DNA of 64,000 bases, taken from positions 611,277 through 675,276 of the forward strand of contig CAWDZV010000003.1 of assembly GCA_963806985.1 (NCBI GenBank), written 5' to 3'. Both the position numbers and the translations under genes were made by a program. This document shows positions 63,220 to 64,000 of the stretch, in pieces. This DNA comes from an uncultured Acidobacteriaceae bacterium (GTDB lineage: Bacteria > Acidobacteriota > Terriglobia > Terriglobales > Acidobacteriaceae). Under the pieces are notes generated by a model. It did no database searches and had not been told where the DNA came from. It saw only the letters and a list, made by a program, of their open reading frames with translations. How positions within the stretch are numbered: the first letter of the stretch is position 1; the number at the start of each line of letters is the position of its first letter.

Positions 63220-64000
63220 ATGAATGGAATCGAGAAAGACTGGCCCGCGTTACCGCTGGACGAATGGGAAGCAACCTATCGCACGGTTCATATGTGGACT
63301 CAGATCGTCGGAAAGATTCGTCTCGCTCTTACGCCGCTTGTGAATCACTGGTGGAATTGCGCTCTCTATGTGAATACACGCGGCCTGACGACTTTGCCGA
63401 TACCCTATCGTGGGAGCGCCTTTGAAATCCAGTTTGATTTTGTTGAGCATCGCCTGGAGCTGCGAACTTCAGATGCAGACCGAGCCTTTCCACTGACACC
63501 AATGTCGGTGGCAGCCTTTTATCGGGAGTTATTTTCCATGTTGCGAGGGGCAGGGATCGAGGTCGAAATCAATCGCAAACCACAGGAGATTCCCAATCCG
63601 ATTCCTTTCGATGAGGATGACACGCACGCCTCCTATGATCCGGAATATACGAATCGGTTGGGGCGCATCCTGCTTTCCGCAAATAACGTGCTGCAGGAAT
63701 TTCGCGCTCGATTTATCGGCAAGACCAGTCCTGTCCATTTTTTCTGGGGAAGCTTCGACTTGTGCTGTACACGCTTTAACGGTCGCCGAGCTCCGGTGCG
63801 GAAGGGCATTATCACCGCGGAAGCATATTCGCATGAATGCAGCAGCGTTGGCTGGTGGCCGGGTGGCGGAGAAGTGAGCGGACCAGCGTTCTATGCCTAC
63901 ACGGCTCCGGAGCCGCCTGGCCTTGCCGCGCAACCGGTTCGGCCGGCGAGAGGTTCTTATCGGAGCAAGCTGCACGAATTCCTGCTGATGTATGACGAGG
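63220..64000 (+). CDS. Conserved hypothetical protein, DUF5996-like (3' end outside the window)
   Basis: An open frame runs from ATG 63220 (GGAGGA 10 nt upstream) to the window end and is absent from the ORF track. It begins MNGIEKDWPALPLDEWEATYRTVHMWTQIVGKIRLAL. Confidence 0.55.
   Translation, partial: MNGIEKDWPALPLDEWEATYRTVHMWTQIVGKIRLALTPLVNHWWNCALYVNTRGLTTLPIPYRGSAFEIQFDFVEHRLELRTSDADRAFPLTPMSVAAFYRELFSMLRGAGIEVEINRKPQEIPNPIPFDEDDTHASYDPEYTNRLGRILLSANNVLQEFRARFIGKTSPVHFFWGSFDLCCTRFNGRRAPVRKGIITAEAYSHECSSVGWWPGGGEVSGPAFYAYTAPEPPGLAAQPVRPARGSYRSKLHEFLLMYDE

Noticed and set aside
1-64000. Mobile-element boundaries (transposase, integrase, tRNA-adjacent island, direct repeats) around the 24.8-37.2 kb system.
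   Set aside because: No transposase or integrase-like ORF and no tRNA gene could be found in the window. The only hint of rearrangement is the decayed oxidoreductase gene, which is reported separately.

Overview
GC-rich bacterial chromosomal window. Gene content and the intergenic repeats suggest Acidobacteriota, but that is an inference only. No rRNA, tRNA, CRISPR array, transposase or integrase was recognised. All product calls come from motifs read by eye in the ORF translations; no database search was run.

Layout:
(1) 40-4430: two convergent secreted PQQ-like beta-propeller paralogs.
(2) about 4.8-21.7 kb: an exopolysaccharide locus. It combines a PEP-CTERM-type polysaccharide deacetylase, glycosyltransferases, a Wzx-like flippase and a eukaryote-type UDP-galactopyranose mutase. 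It also holds a full PAPS supply set (bifunctional ATP sulfurylase/APS kinase, CysQ-like phosphatase, TauE-like permease) and three tandem sulfotransferases. This predicts a sulfated, galactofuranose-containing glycan.
(3) 21.8-24.7 kb: a phosphoesterase and a decayed Gfo/Idh/MocA gene.
(4) 24.8-37.2 kb is the most unusual part. It contains a three-gene HlyD/C39-peptidase-ABC/ABC exporter, a Ser/Thr kinase with a TolB-like propeller, and an FHA-GAF-sigma54 enhancer-binding protein. Divergent from that activator are two sigma54-promoter modules that together encode five tandem 16-codon micro-ORFs (MKVKTNxKAGxALWG[S/G]). The ORF track misses these.
(5) 37.3-64 kb: housekeeping and miscellaneous genes, including rsuA-like, NUDIX, a PLP decarboxylase, an M28/PSMA-like peptidase, pncB, mazG, an OSBS/NSAR-family gene, bactofilin, alaX-like, a LytS-type kinase, bshA, and an unannotated SRP RNA.

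Several families of low-complexity palindromic repeats sit exactly at gene boundaries throughout the window.
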